Below, piece by piece: positions 19,726-20,000 of a stretch of 20,000 nucleotides of DNA. The position numbers and the translations under genes were made by a program. The DNA comes from Hydrurus foetidus (lineage: Eukaryota), in NCBI GenBank assembly GCA_900617105.1, contig UYFQ01000829.1, forward strand, positions 51,348-71,347. Direction: 5' to 3'. Below the pieces are notes generated by a model. It was not told the origin of the DNA and ran no database searches. It saw nothing but the letters and a program-made list of their open reading frames with translations. Position 1 is the first letter of the stretch, and every line of letters begins with the position of its first letter.

Positions 19726-20000
19726 CGAAAGCCGACACGCCAGTAGTAGCTTTCAGCATCGAAAGCGCTACTTAGAGACCCAATAGCACCGCTCCGTTCG
19801 TAGGATTGCCCGCTCTGCAGGCCTCGCCGAGAAATTTCCTCCCGAAATTCTCGTCAATTTCCTCCCGAAATTGACCAAACCATTCCAATCCTCCTTTCTC
19901 TACTACTCCACTCTATACCTACCAGTCCTCACAAAAGTTCAACCTATCCTTCCTCTCCCTGAATTCACCGCGTCCGAGTTCCGTCGCGGTCCTTCAATAA

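Overview
Eukaryotic, transposon-rich window (GT-AG introns; probably a protist, stramenopile-like by TE style, which is inference only). Left to right: (1) a partial + strand ORF abutting, stop-to-stop with no gap, a very divergent and partly decayed RNA polymerase second-largest-subunit (RPB2/beta-like) gene, possibly an endogenous viral relic; (2) a bounded but defective PIF/Harbinger DNA transposon (1556-4144, ~40-bp TIRs, TAA TSD, two convergent pseudogenes); (3) an intact two-exon DIM1/TXNL4A gene; (4) a CPA1/NHE-type Na+/H+ exchanger whose E-x3-ND signature is replaced by A-x3-DD; (5) a decayed Ty1/Copia element on + (~8072-19170) with a candidate -1 frameshift site at gag/pol; (6) nested in it, a younger Copia element on - (11470-17403, ACCAC TSD) whose 1002-aa Gag has a CCCH zinc finger instead of a CCHC knuckle plus an unexplained ~250-aa extra domain, and which lost RT/RNase H by deletion; (7) a PPT plus probable LTR of a third element at the right end. 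All family assignments come from motif recognition by eye; no searches were run.
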